Source of the DNA: an uncultured Flavobacteriaceae bacterium | GTDB lineage: Bacteria; Bacteroidota; Bacteroidia; AKYH767-A; OLB10 | Assembly: GCA_964458125.1 (NCBI GenBank) | Contig: CAYWHE010000003.1 | Location: 4,956 to 36,955, forward strand | DNA length: 32,000 bases | Direction: 5' to 3' | Shown: one piece after another, positions 7,672-15,653 of the stretch | How the letters are laid out: each line of letters opens with the position of its first letter | How positions within the stretch are numbered: position 1 is the stretch's first letter | The notes under the pieces: model-generated | What the model saw: the letters and a program-made list of their open reading frames with translations, nothing else | What the model was told of the DNA's origin: nothing | Databases searched by the model: none | Translations under genes and position numbers: made by a program

Positions 7672-9507
7672 ATGAAAAAAGCACTCCTGATTTTTTTGTT
7701 GTCAGTCGGTTTTAAAGCGGCCATGGCCCAATTTACCACCATCCAGGTTGTCGGGCCTAACGATGTTTGCAACGGTTCGGGCATTCTTCTCGAAGTGGTT
7801 AACCCACAGCCCGGTTATACCTATAACTGGTTTATCGGAAGTTATGGTTGTTCCTTTCCCGGCATTGCCTTTCCTTATGGTTTTCCCGGCATCACCCTGA
7901 CAGCCTGGGCCACCGGCGAATATTTTTGTTACGGAATGCCTCCTGCAGGCCCCCCGGAAATATCCAATCCGGAGGTTGTCAGAATACTTCCCGGCAGCGC
8001 AGGTTCCATTCTCATGCCTGCGCCGGCCATGGGAACCTCCGTTAATTGTGTTTCTTCCGCATCCCTTTGTGTACCTTATGTTTATTATCAGAACTGGCCC
8101 GGGACACTGATTAAGTGGTACAAGGATAATGTCCTCATTCCCGGAGCAATATCGGCCGGTTATACGGCAACGTCCACCGGATATTATAAATACTCCGTGA
8201 CTTCCGGTTGCCTGACGGCCTTTTCCGACAGCAGTTATGTCACCATTCTGCCCGCTGCACAATTTACCGCAAATGCCAGTGGTACAGTCTGTCCCGGGCA
8301 GCTGATCAACTATTCTGTTACCAACCCCCAGCCCGGAACGACCTATACGTGGAAAGCTCTCATTTCCGGCCTCTATCAGATAGCCGGTACCGGCAATTCA
8401 TTGAACTATTCGGCACCGGCATCGGGAAGTGTATCCGTTCTACTGCAAGCCCTGGTTGTTAACAGCGGATGCTCCTTTCAGTCAAACCCTCATATACTGA
8501 CGGTTGGCGCCTATAATGCAGCCATATCGGCAGGCGGACCTGTTACCTTCTGTAAAGGCGGACAGGTTACGCTGAGTACAACTCCTTCCACGGGAAGTTT
8601 CACCTGGTTTAAGAATAATGTCATTATAAGCGGGGCAACTGCACCCACGTATAGCGCAACAACAGGAGGAAGTTATACCTGCTTTGTTTCCAACGGCAAC
8701 GGATGCCAGGATACCTCAAATGCAATCGGGGTTACCGTGAATTCATTGCCCGGCGCAGCTGTTACGGCCCAGGGAGCTACCGTCTTCTGCCAGGGCGGCA
8801 GCGTGTTATTACAAACGTCAGCGAATGCCGGAAATACCTATCAATGGAAGAGAAACGGAACGCTCATTTCAGGCGCTACCGCTAATGCTTACGTGGCCTC
8901 CGTCTCCGGAACATATAAGGTAACTGTTACAAAGACCTCGACCGGCTGTTCCCAAACCACCGCAACTGGAATTCCGGTAACCGTTTATTCCCTTCCATCG
9001 GCAACCGTTACGCCCCAGGGACCAACCACTTTCTGTGCAGGAGGAAGTGTCACTCTTGCTGCAAATACCGGAAACGGGTTTACCTACAAATGGAAAAAAG
9101 GCGGCCTTTACATCAGCGCTGCAACCAGTCAGAATTACACTGCCTCCACAGCAGGAACCTATAAGGTTGAAGTCACCAATTCCCACGGATGTACCAAAAC
9201 GTCCTTGGGTGTGAGTGTTTCAGTACCCTGCAGGAATGAACCCGGAATGCCGGTGAACCGGGTATTTTCAATCGGGGTACATCCAAACCCCAGCAACGGT
9301 TCATTTCAGGTTTCCATCTGGCCTGAGCCGTTAACCACTGCCTGCATCCGCATTTATGACCTGTCCGGCAGAAAGGCGTCCTTTGAATTTCAATGGCTTG
9401 ATAGCGCCAATGGCATAATTGATGGCCTGGCACCCGGTATTTACACGGCTGAATTTCTGATTGAAAATGAAATCATTTACCGGAAACTTATCCTTACGGG
9501 ACATTAA
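7672..9507 (+). CDS. T9SS-secreted Cys-containing Ig-like repeat surface protein (adhesin-like)
   Basis: 611 aa with signal peptide MKKALLIFLLSVGFKAAMAQ. It carries repeated ~80-aa modules of the form C.GGSV.L......G..Y.W..NG..ISGAT...Y.A...G.Y.V.V.....C. The C-terminus VHPNPSNGSFQVSI..IRIYDLSGRK..GIYTAEF is a T9SS CTD. Confidence 0.75.
   Translation: MKKALLIFLLSVGFKAAMAQFTTIQVVGPNDVCNGSGILLEVVNPQPGYTYNWFIGSYGCSFPGIAFPYGFPGITLTAWATGEYFCYGMPPAGPPEISNPEVVRILPGSAGSILMPAPAMGTSVNCVSSASLCVPYVYYQNWPGTLIKWYKDNVLIPGAISAGYTATSTGYYKYSVTSGCLTAFSDSSYVTILPAAQFTANASGTVCPGQLINYSVTNPQPGTTYTWKALISGLYQIAGTGNSLNYSAPASGSVSVLLQALVVNSGCSFQSNPHILTVGAYNAAISAGGPVTFCKGGQVTLSTTPSTGSFTWFKNNVIISGATAPTYSATTGGSYTCFVSNGNGCQDTSNAIGVTVNSLPGAAVTAQGATVFCQGGSVLLQTSANAGNTYQWKRNGTLISGATANAYVASVSGTYKVTVTKTSTGCSQTTATGIPVTVYSLPSATVTPQGPTTFCAGGSVTLAANTGNGFTYKWKKGGLYISAATSQNYTASTAGTYKVEVTNSHGCTKTSLGVSVSVPCRNEPGMPVNRVFSIGVHPNPSNGSFQVSIWPEPLTTACIRIYDLSGRKASFEFQWLDSANGIIDGLAPGIYTAEFLIENEIIYRKLILTGH
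8521..9228 (+). repeat. three tandem ~240-bp coding repeats (Ig-like modules) inside the 7672-9507 CDS
   Basis: The modules are ISAGGPVTFCKGGQVTLSTT..YTCFVSNGNGCQDTSNAIGVTVNSLP, GAAVTAQGATVFCQGGSVLLQTS..YKVTVTKTSTGCSQTTATGIPVTVYSLP and SATVTPQGPTTFCAGGSVTLAAN..YKVEVTNSHGCTKTSLGVSVSV. More diverged copies lie upstream (aa ~25-55 and ~195-230). The similarity is at protein level; the nucleotide copies have diverged. Confidence 0.55.
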
Positions 9508-9553
9508 TGACCAGGTCCTCAGACCGGGGAAGATTTGAATTCATGAATTTCTT

Positions 9554-10852
9554 TCAAGGTGATACGATCCATTTCCGGGAATCAGTCATGCCTGGCGAAA
9601 AGACTGAAAAAAAATATACTCCTGGGTTGAGCAATGACACCTCAAAATCCTGTCCGGCTATTTTCCTTTCAAACCTCATCTCACCCAGACTGTTAAAAAC
9701 ACGTAAGGAAGCGTCCTTCATTTCCGAAGGCAAATGTCCGTAAACCTTTTGTCTGTCCTCCTGATCGTTGTAAAGATAAAACCTGCTGTTCTGAGGTGGT
9801 TCAATGGCAACGATCCCGGATACCGATTCCGTTCCGTCACGGTCAACCAACCGGAGCCTGTAATACCGGGTTGACGCCGGCAGGACCGGATCTAAAAGGG
9901 AATAATCGTTTTGTTTGATGGATGTTCCGGCAGCGGGTATCCTCCCTATATCGGAAAAGGACAGGGCATCTGCACTCCGTTCTGCAATAAAATAATCTGT
10001 ATTGAATTCCGAGGCCGTGGTCCATTCCAGCAGGATTCCGCCTGTTGTTGACCTTCCATCAAAATGAAGCCATTGAACGGGTAAAGGTACAGCCGGTGCG
10101 ACGGTTACTTCATCGATAAAGTAATAGGCTCCGTCAGCCCCGGTTCCATACATGGCATGTGCTGTAGCAGCATCGTTATAAAAATTGCCAATGGTCATGT
10201 AATTATAGGCAACGGAAGGTATATACGTAAAGGAAACCAGTTGCCAGGAAGTACTCCACCACTTGGTTGTGATTTCACAGTGTGGAATGATATTCAACGG
10301 TTCGTGGTTGAGCTGGGTGAGCGGTCCGTTTGAGAATCGAACACCCACATGGTTGCATCCGGCACCGCTGTACCAGTTGGACATTCCGTTGGTCATATAA
10401 AAGGAAATGGTATAAGCCTGGCCGGGTACCATGGGACTGATCAGCGGACGGGCCAGGTATTCCCTGAAATCCGGTGAAGGACCGTAATATGCAATAAATC
10501 CCATGACGGCATTTCCGGCATAAGGGTTAACGGTGCCAAAAGTACTGTTGGGCAGACCAACCCCTCCGCCAGCTCCCGTACGAAGGTAATCCGGACTGGC
10601 ATAGGGCCATGCAAATCCAATGTAATTATTCACATTGCTCCAGCCCTGGCAATTATACCATTGACCGTAACCGTTAGGGACGGCGTTATTCGATTCAAAT
10701 CCGCTGTTCAGGATCAGGTTTTGCCCGTAAGAACCACCGCTGAGGAACAAACCAAACAGGATAAACGGTATCAGCCGGTTCGCATTGAAACATGCTCCTC
10801 CGCGGAAAACCTTCCCTTTCCTGCAAGCATGCAGTGGTTGTCTGAAGTACAC
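9554..10852 (-). CDS. secreted protein with N-terminal jelly-roll-like domain, Fn3/Ig-like middle domain and T9SS-like C-terminal domain
   Basis: 432-codon ORF whose track start is GTG at 10852; there is no in-frame ATG before the signal-like segment LIPFILFGLFLSGGSYGQ. The N-terminal domain begins NLILNSGFESNN, a pattern common in Bacteroidota surface proteins. The middle segment is VQWLHFDGRS..YYRLRLVDRDGTES. The C-terminus LRVFNSLGEMRFERKI..LNPGVYFFSVF resembles a T9SS CTD. Confidence 0.65.
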   Translation of the reverse strand: MYFRQPLHACRKGKVFRGGACFNANRLIPFILFGLFLSGGSYGQNLILNSGFESNNAVPNGYGQWYNCQGWSNVNNYIGFAWPYASPDYLRTGAGGGVGLPNSTFGTVNPYAGNAVMGFIAYYGPSPDFREYLARPLISPMVPGQAYTISFYMTNGMSNWYSGAGCNHVGVRFSNGPLTQLNHEPLNIIPHCEITTKWWSTSWQLVSFTYIPSVAYNYMTIGNFYNDAATAHAMYGTGADGAYYFIDEVTVAPAVPLPVQWLHFDGRSTTGGILLEWTTASEFNTDYFIAERSADALSFSDIGRIPAAGTSIKQNDYSLLDPVLPASTRYYRLRLVDRDGTESVSGIVAIEPPQNSRFYLYNDQEDRQKVYGHLPSEMKDASLRVFNSLGEMRFERKIAGQDFEVSLLNPGVYFFSVFSPGMTDSRKWIVSP

Positions 10853-11323
10853 CGGTTAATGATTAGGTTCTGCAAGGTATGCAGGAACATATGCATTCTC
10901 AAATGATTTTCGTCAAGACGGAAGAAAAACAGTTTAACCGGGAAAAATCCGGCACTCAGTTGATTTTAATTCATGGAGAAAAGCAGATCCTGAAATGAAG
11001 TGATTGGCTGACCGGATACTTTAAATCCTCCGGAAGCCTTTACCTATGGGTTCAGATGAGATAACAAGTCACTGAATATTTTCCAGGGAGCGCATCAGGA
11101 TAAAATATAAAAACAGGTAAATCACCGCAATAAACGTAAAAATCAGGCTAAGCCGGGTGGCTGAAATTTTAGAGGACTTCATATGCATCAACTTTTATTT
11201 ATTTACGAACCGGATTTAAAAAATGTTCCGTATGGGCGTAAAATGGCTTCAATAGTGATATTCAACCATTTTTGGCGATAATCAATTTATATGCCATAAA
11301 CTCCGAAATCAACAGCATGTTCA

Positions 11324-12247
11324 TTACTTACAGCGTTTTCGGGTTTTTGCCGGAAAATTCTTCAATGATTGCATTTCATTTCTGACGCAGTTCCGGAAAT
11401 ACTCCTCCCTGATCTGCCGGGAGGTTTTACGGCTACCGTCATGACTCCAACCGGGCGGCCCAAAAACATATCGGATTCTGTCCTTTAAGCCAAGAGGCTT
11501 TCTGAGGTCCCGGGCTATGTTTTTCCATTCGTGAAAAACCACGGTTGGGAGGTAGCTGGTATTAATATTTTTTGTCAGTCCATAGACAACCGGCTCCTCC
11601 TCCTGCTGATAGGTACCGAAGATCCGGTCCCAGATGATGAGGAACATGCCCAGGTTTTTATCCAGATACAAGGGATTGGATCCATGATGAACCCTGTGGT
11701 TGGAAGGGGTTGCCAGGATCCATTCCAGGGGCCCCAGTTTGCCGATAGTCTTGGTATGAATAAAGAACCCGTATATCTGGCACAGTGAAAAAGCCACCAT
11801 GATCTGCACGGCATTAAATCCAAGCAGGGCAATCGGGATGAAATAGATGAAGCGGTATAAAGGCTGTAAAAGGGAAGATCGGATGGCAACAGAAAAATTA
11901 AATTCTTCACTGGAATGGTGGTTAACGTGGACGGCCCAGAAAAACCGGCAGCTGTGATCGATCCGATGCAGCCAGTAAAAAGCAAAATCCTGCAAGACAA
12001 CCACCATCATCCAGGCGGAGATTCCGGGTTCTATAGTAAAAAAAGCAAACTGATGAAACCAGTTCAGAATATTAAAAACAAAAACTTTTAGGGCCAGGTC
12101 CAGTAGAAAATTCGCTGTGCCGATAATGATATTAACGAAACTGTCCTTCCGGTTGTACAGGTGTAACCCCTCCAATGAACTCAGCAGGCTCTCAAAAACA
12201 ATGGCAATGATGTAGGAAACCGACACCCATACTGCGACCTGATTCAT
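11324..12247 (-). CDS. fatty acid hydroxylase / sterol desaturase superfamily integral membrane di-iron enzyme
   Basis: 307 aa with several hydrophobic segments and three His boxes: HRIDH, HVNHHSSEE and HRVHHGS. Confidence 0.8.
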   Translation of the reverse strand: MNQVAVWVSVSYIIAIVFESLLSSLEGLHLYNRKDSFVNIIIGTANFLLDLALKVFVFNILNWFHQFAFFTIEPGISAWMMVVVLQDFAFYWLHRIDHSCRFFWAVHVNHHSSEEFNFSVAIRSSLLQPLYRFIYFIPIALLGFNAVQIMVAFSLCQIYGFFIHTKTIGKLGPLEWILATPSNHRVHHGSNPLYLDKNLGMFLIIWDRIFGTYQQEEEPVVYGLTKNINTSYLPTVVFHEWKNIARDLRKPLGLKDRIRYVFGPPGWSHDGSRKTSRQIREEYFRNCVRNEMQSLKNFPAKTRKRCK

Positions 12248-12266
12248 TTTGCATTTTTTCGGGGGG

Positions 12267-12274
12267 CAAATGTA
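12267..12274 (-). promoter_or_regulatory. candidate -7 box (TACATTTG on minus strand) for the hydroxylase gene
   Basis: Plus-strand caaatgta is TACATTTG on the minus strand and matches TAnnTTTG. It lies 20 nt upstream of ATG 12247, inside the 107-bp divergent intergenic region shared with paralog 1. Confidence 0.3.
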
Positions 12275-12354
12275 AAAAAATCAGCCTGTCACTATGTAAT
12301 ATCCCGCTGAAAAAAGGCAACATCCTAAAAAAAGCCATATTAAATTGCCCAAAA

Positions 12355-13263
12355 ATGAAAGAAATGAAAAATAAAACAGGAAAAATTCTGATACCCCTTG
12401 CAATGGTAATGCTTTTCATGGCTTGTAAAAAGAATTCCGATGACGATCCGGTAAACCCGGGTAACAATCCACCTCCTGTTGCTTCCATATTACCGGTTCC
12501 GGGCTCCTTCAGCCAGAAGGTGCTGATGGAGCAATTTACAGGCGCCTGGAATGGCGGATGCCCGGATGGCATTTACCGCATGGACCAGTTGATTGCAGGT
12601 GACAGCAAAATAATTGGCGTCAACATCCATATGGGAGATGCCATGGAAATTCCAGCCTTCCAGGATTTAATGGCTGTTTTTAACAGCAACAACCTTCCTC
12701 AGTTTCCGTCAGCCATGGTGAACCGTTTGCCTTCGCTTGGAAACGTGCTGCTGACCAAAACCCAGTGGGCCAGTAACGCCACGGTCGCCAAAGGCAAGAC
12801 GGCTTCCTGCGGACTGGCATTCCAATCCACCCTTTCAGGCAATACCGCGCAAATTGAAATTCATGCCGGATTCGGCAGCATCCTGTCAGGTTCCTATAAT
12901 CTGACCGTTTACCTGGTTGAAAATAGGGTAACCGGAACCGGTTCCTCCTATGACCAGGTTAATACCCATTCGAGTAATGATCCTGCAGGTCCTTATTACA
13001 ACTTACCATCACCGATCACCGGTTTTGAGCATAATCATGTTTTAAGGAAGGTGCTATCCGCAGGAATGGGTGACGGAATCCCGGTTGAAAAGCTGGTTCC
13101 AGGAGGTGAATATATCCGTACCTATACAGCCGATATTACCGGAAAAATTGCTGGAAATATGGAAATCGTTGCATTTATCAATAAAACCGGATCCACGGCC
13201 ACCACCCATGAAATCATGAATGTACAGACGGCACCTGTCAATACCCTGAAAAACTGGGATTAA
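12355..13263 (+). CDS. lipoprotein, paralog 1 of a 4-copy array; thioredoxin-like region with degenerate WNGGCP motif (possibly the Omp28-related family)
   Basis: 302 aa with signal peptide and lipobox (LFMA/C), then KKNSDDD. Family blocks are KVLMEQFTGAWNGGCPDG, IHMGD, FPSAMVNR, CGLAF, EIHAGF, SYDQVN, GFEHNHVLRKV, IVAFINK, THEIMNVQ and a KNWD terminus. A strong terminator follows. Confidence 0.85.
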   Translation: MKEMKNKTGKILIPLAMVMLFMACKKNSDDDPVNPGNNPPPVASILPVPGSFSQKVLMEQFTGAWNGGCPDGIYRMDQLIAGDSKIIGVNIHMGDAMEIPAFQDLMAVFNSNNLPQFPSAMVNRLPSLGNVLLTKTQWASNATVAKGKTASCGLAFQSTLSGNTAQIEIHAGFGSILSGSYNLTVYLVENRVTGTGSSYDQVNTHSSNDPAGPYYNLPSPITGFEHNHVLRKVLSAGMGDGIPVEKLVPGGEYIRTYTADITGKIAGNMEIVAFINKTGSTATTHEIMNVQTAPVNTLKNWD

Positions 13264-13280
13264 AACCGGATTCCATCATG

Positions 13281-13311
13281 GAAGGGGGCTTTTCTGAGGC
13301 CCCCTTTTTTT
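13281..13311 (+). terminator. rho-independent terminator after paralog 1
   Basis: Stem gggggc (13284-13289) pairs with gccccc (13299-13304) around a 9-nt loop, followed by a 7-T run (13305-13311). Confidence 0.7.
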
Positions 13312-13368
13312 ATTTGTTTAATTCATTTTTTTAGGGTTACTTTGGGAAAAATAAACAAACCTGAAAAA

Positions 13369-14271
13369 ATGAAAAGACTAATTTTAATGGCTGCGCTATT
13401 TGCTGTAGCCGTAACATCCTGTAAGAAAAAGGATGACGATGAAACAAACGGCGGTGGAAATAATGGTCCTACATCACCCATAACTGCCGTTCCTGCGAGT
13501 TTCAGTCCGAAAGTTTTGCTGGAAGAATTTACAGGTGCCTGGTGCGGGTATTGCCCTCGTGGCGCATTTGAGTCTGATAAACTGGACAGCATACAAGCCG
13601 GAAAGTTTATTCCGGTAGCCATTCATGTCGGAGATATTATGAAAATTGCTTTAGGGGAATCCATAGACTCCGTTTATAATGATTATGGTTACCCGGGAGG
13701 TATGATCAACCGCGTAACCTCCGGCAGTACACCTACCATGGCCACCAATTTATGGTCTTCCAAGACAAATGCAGCCCTGTCTCAGGTTCCTGACGGTGGC
13801 CTGGCCATTGATGCTTCAAAAATTGAAAACAATATATTATCACTGGAGGTGCATGCCGGTTTTAAGGCCGTGCTTTCAGGAGATTACAGGCTGAATGTTT
13901 TCATGCTTGAAAAAAGTGTTATCAACGCCAGTACTTCCTATGACCAGCATAATTACATGAGCCAGTCTGGTTCTGCACCTGATCAATCCAGTTATTATTA
14001 TAATTTCCCTCCGGTCATTCATAATTTCGAACACAAGCATGTATTGAGAAAGGTGATTTCCAGCAGCAGCGTTTGGGGCGATACCATACCGTCAGCCAAT
14101 ATTGGCATTGGAAAAGAATTTGTTAAAACCTATACGGTTGATCTTACCGGCATCACTCCCTCAACCATGGAAATTGTTGCCTTTATAGATAAAAACAGCG
14201 GTACAAAAACCGGACACCAGGTGGTCAATGTACAAAAGGTAACCGTAGGAACCTACAAGAATTGGGATTAA
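13369..14271 (+). CDS. lipoprotein, paralog 2 of the array; intact WCGYCP motif
   Basis: The track ORF begins at TTG 13342. ATG 13369 gives MKRLILMAALFAVAVTS/CKKKDDDE (signal peptide plus lipobox). Family blocks are KVLLEEFTGAWCGYCPRG, IHVGD, YPGGMINR, EVHAGF, SYDQHN, NFEHKHVLRKV, IVAFIDK, GHQVVNVQ and a KNWD terminus. Confidence 0.85.
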   Translation: MKRLILMAALFAVAVTSCKKKDDDETNGGGNNGPTSPITAVPASFSPKVLLEEFTGAWCGYCPRGAFESDKLDSIQAGKFIPVAIHVGDIMKIALGESIDSVYNDYGYPGGMINRVTSGSTPTMATNLWSSKTNAALSQVPDGGLAIDASKIENNILSLEVHAGFKAVLSGDYRLNVFMLEKSVINASTSYDQHNYMSQSGSAPDQSSYYYNFPPVIHNFEHKHVLRKVISSSSVWGDTIPSANIGIGKEFVKTYTVDLTGITPSTMEIVAFIDKNSGTKTGHQVVNVQKVTVGTYKNWD

Positions 14272-14366
14272 TCCAAGGATGAAGTGTTTCTTCAGCATTG
14301 ATTTCATTTCGGCTGAAACTTGCATATCTGTAAATAATTCAACTAATCTAACCATAAAATGTACCC

Positions 14367-15476
14367 ATGAGAAAACTAATGCTAGTAGCAGCCTTCCTGG
14401 CTGTGGCTGTTATTTCCTGTAAAAAAAGCAGCGATGATGATTCCAGTTCCGGTCCTATTCCCTGCGACAATGTGGCGGATTTCACCTTCACGATGGACTC
14501 GACCGGTAATGCGGTATTTACCAATACCTCAACGGGCCATATATCAACTTCAACCTGGAGTTTTGGCGATAATACGTCATCGAATGAAAAAAACCCGGTA
14601 CACAAATTTACCAAACCCGGTTCTTTTTCTGTAATTCTGACGGTTGATAATTCACAGGGCACTTGTTCCAAAGTGATTACCAAAAAGGTATTGGTACCCA
14701 TCACCAACAGTTTCCCGGTTCCAACCACATTCGCCAAGAAGGTGCTCATCGAAGAATTTACCGGTACCTGGTGCGGCTACTGCCCTGACGGAGCTTACCG
14801 CATGGAGGAAATCATCAAGGATAATCCGGATCGTGTTTTCGGAGCCTCTGTTCATCAGGGTGACCCGATGCAGTTGCCTCTCTACACAACCCTTGACAAC
14901 ACCTTTAACGTAACCGGTTTTCCTTCCGGTATGGTTGCACGTGTTCCTTACCAGGGAACGGTTCCGATGAACCGTGGTTATTGGGCCACGGCCACCAATA
15001 CCATATTGGGCCAGACAGCCAAATGCGGCCTGGCCATTGATGCCCGTGTCAGCGGGACGGATATCACGGTGGAAGTGCATGCTGCCTTTAATGCAGCCAT
15101 CAGCGGCACACACAACGTAACCGTTTACCTGACGGAGGATGGTGTTAATAAAGGTACCAGCTACGATCAGCATAACTATTATAATGCAGATAATACCAGT
15201 CCGTTTTACCAGTTGGGTGACCCGATTCCCGGGTTTAAACATAATAATGTGATAACAAAGGTGCTTTCCGCTGATATGGGCGATGCCATTCCTGCATCCT
15301 TTCTGGTAGCCGGGGGTCATTTTGAGAAAACCTATACGGCAACCTTACCAGCAGGTACGAATACCGACAGGCTGCATGTTATTGCTTTCGTCAATAAAAC
15401 AGGAGCTTCCGCAACCACCCACGAGGTGCTGAATGTACAATACACTGCTGCAAACTCTATTAAAGGCTGGGATTAA
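14367..15476 (+). CDS. lipoprotein, paralog 3 of the array; extra N-terminal PKD domain and intact WCGYCP motif
   Basis: 369 aa starting MRKLMLVAAFLAVAVIS/CKKSSDDD. A PKD-like insert sits at aa ~33-110 (WSFGDNTSS..HKFTKPGSFSVILTVDN). It is followed by KVLIEEFTGTWCGYCPDG, VHQGD, FPSGMVAR, CGLAI, EVHAAF, SYDQHN, GFKHNNVITKV, VIAFVNK, THEVLNVQ and a KGWD terminus. Confidence 0.85.
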   Translation: MRKLMLVAAFLAVAVISCKKSSDDDSSSGPIPCDNVADFTFTMDSTGNAVFTNTSTGHISTSTWSFGDNTSSNEKNPVHKFTKPGSFSVILTVDNSQGTCSKVITKKVLVPITNSFPVPTTFAKKVLIEEFTGTWCGYCPDGAYRMEEIIKDNPDRVFGASVHQGDPMQLPLYTTLDNTFNVTGFPSGMVARVPYQGTVPMNRGYWATATNTILGQTAKCGLAIDARVSGTDITVEVHAAFNAAISGTHNVTVYLTEDGVNKGTSYDQHNYYNADNTSPFYQLGDPIPGFKHNNVITKVLSADMGDAIPASFLVAGGHFEKTYTATLPAGTNTDRLHVIAFVNKTGASATTHEVLNVQYTAANSIKGWD

Positions 15477-15497
15477 CCATTGCCTCTTTCCGTTGAA

Positions 15498-15530
15498 ACG
15501 TGCAGGCCATCAGCCTGCACGTTTTTTTTT
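15498..15530 (+). terminator. rho-independent terminator after paralog 3
   Basis: Perfect 10-bp stem acgtgcaggc (15498-15507) pairs with gcctgcacgt (15513-15522) around a 5-nt loop, followed by a run of T extending to 15530. Confidence 0.8.
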
Positions 15531-15653
15531 ACCATCCCGACGGAATATCCCAAATGTAAGATTCAAGGATATTTTATGGAATCTCCGGGTTTTCATGCGT
15601 GTAATTTGCACCCGGAAATCATTTTTCGTTTTACACATCAAAACACAAATCGC

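Noticed and set aside
15480-15653. Upstream extension of paralog 4 that would add 58 residues (track start 15480).
   Set aside because: The extension reads straight through the strong terminator hairpin and T-run at 15498-15530 and lacks a signal peptide. ATG 15654 gives a canonical signal peptide and lipobox like the other three paralogs.
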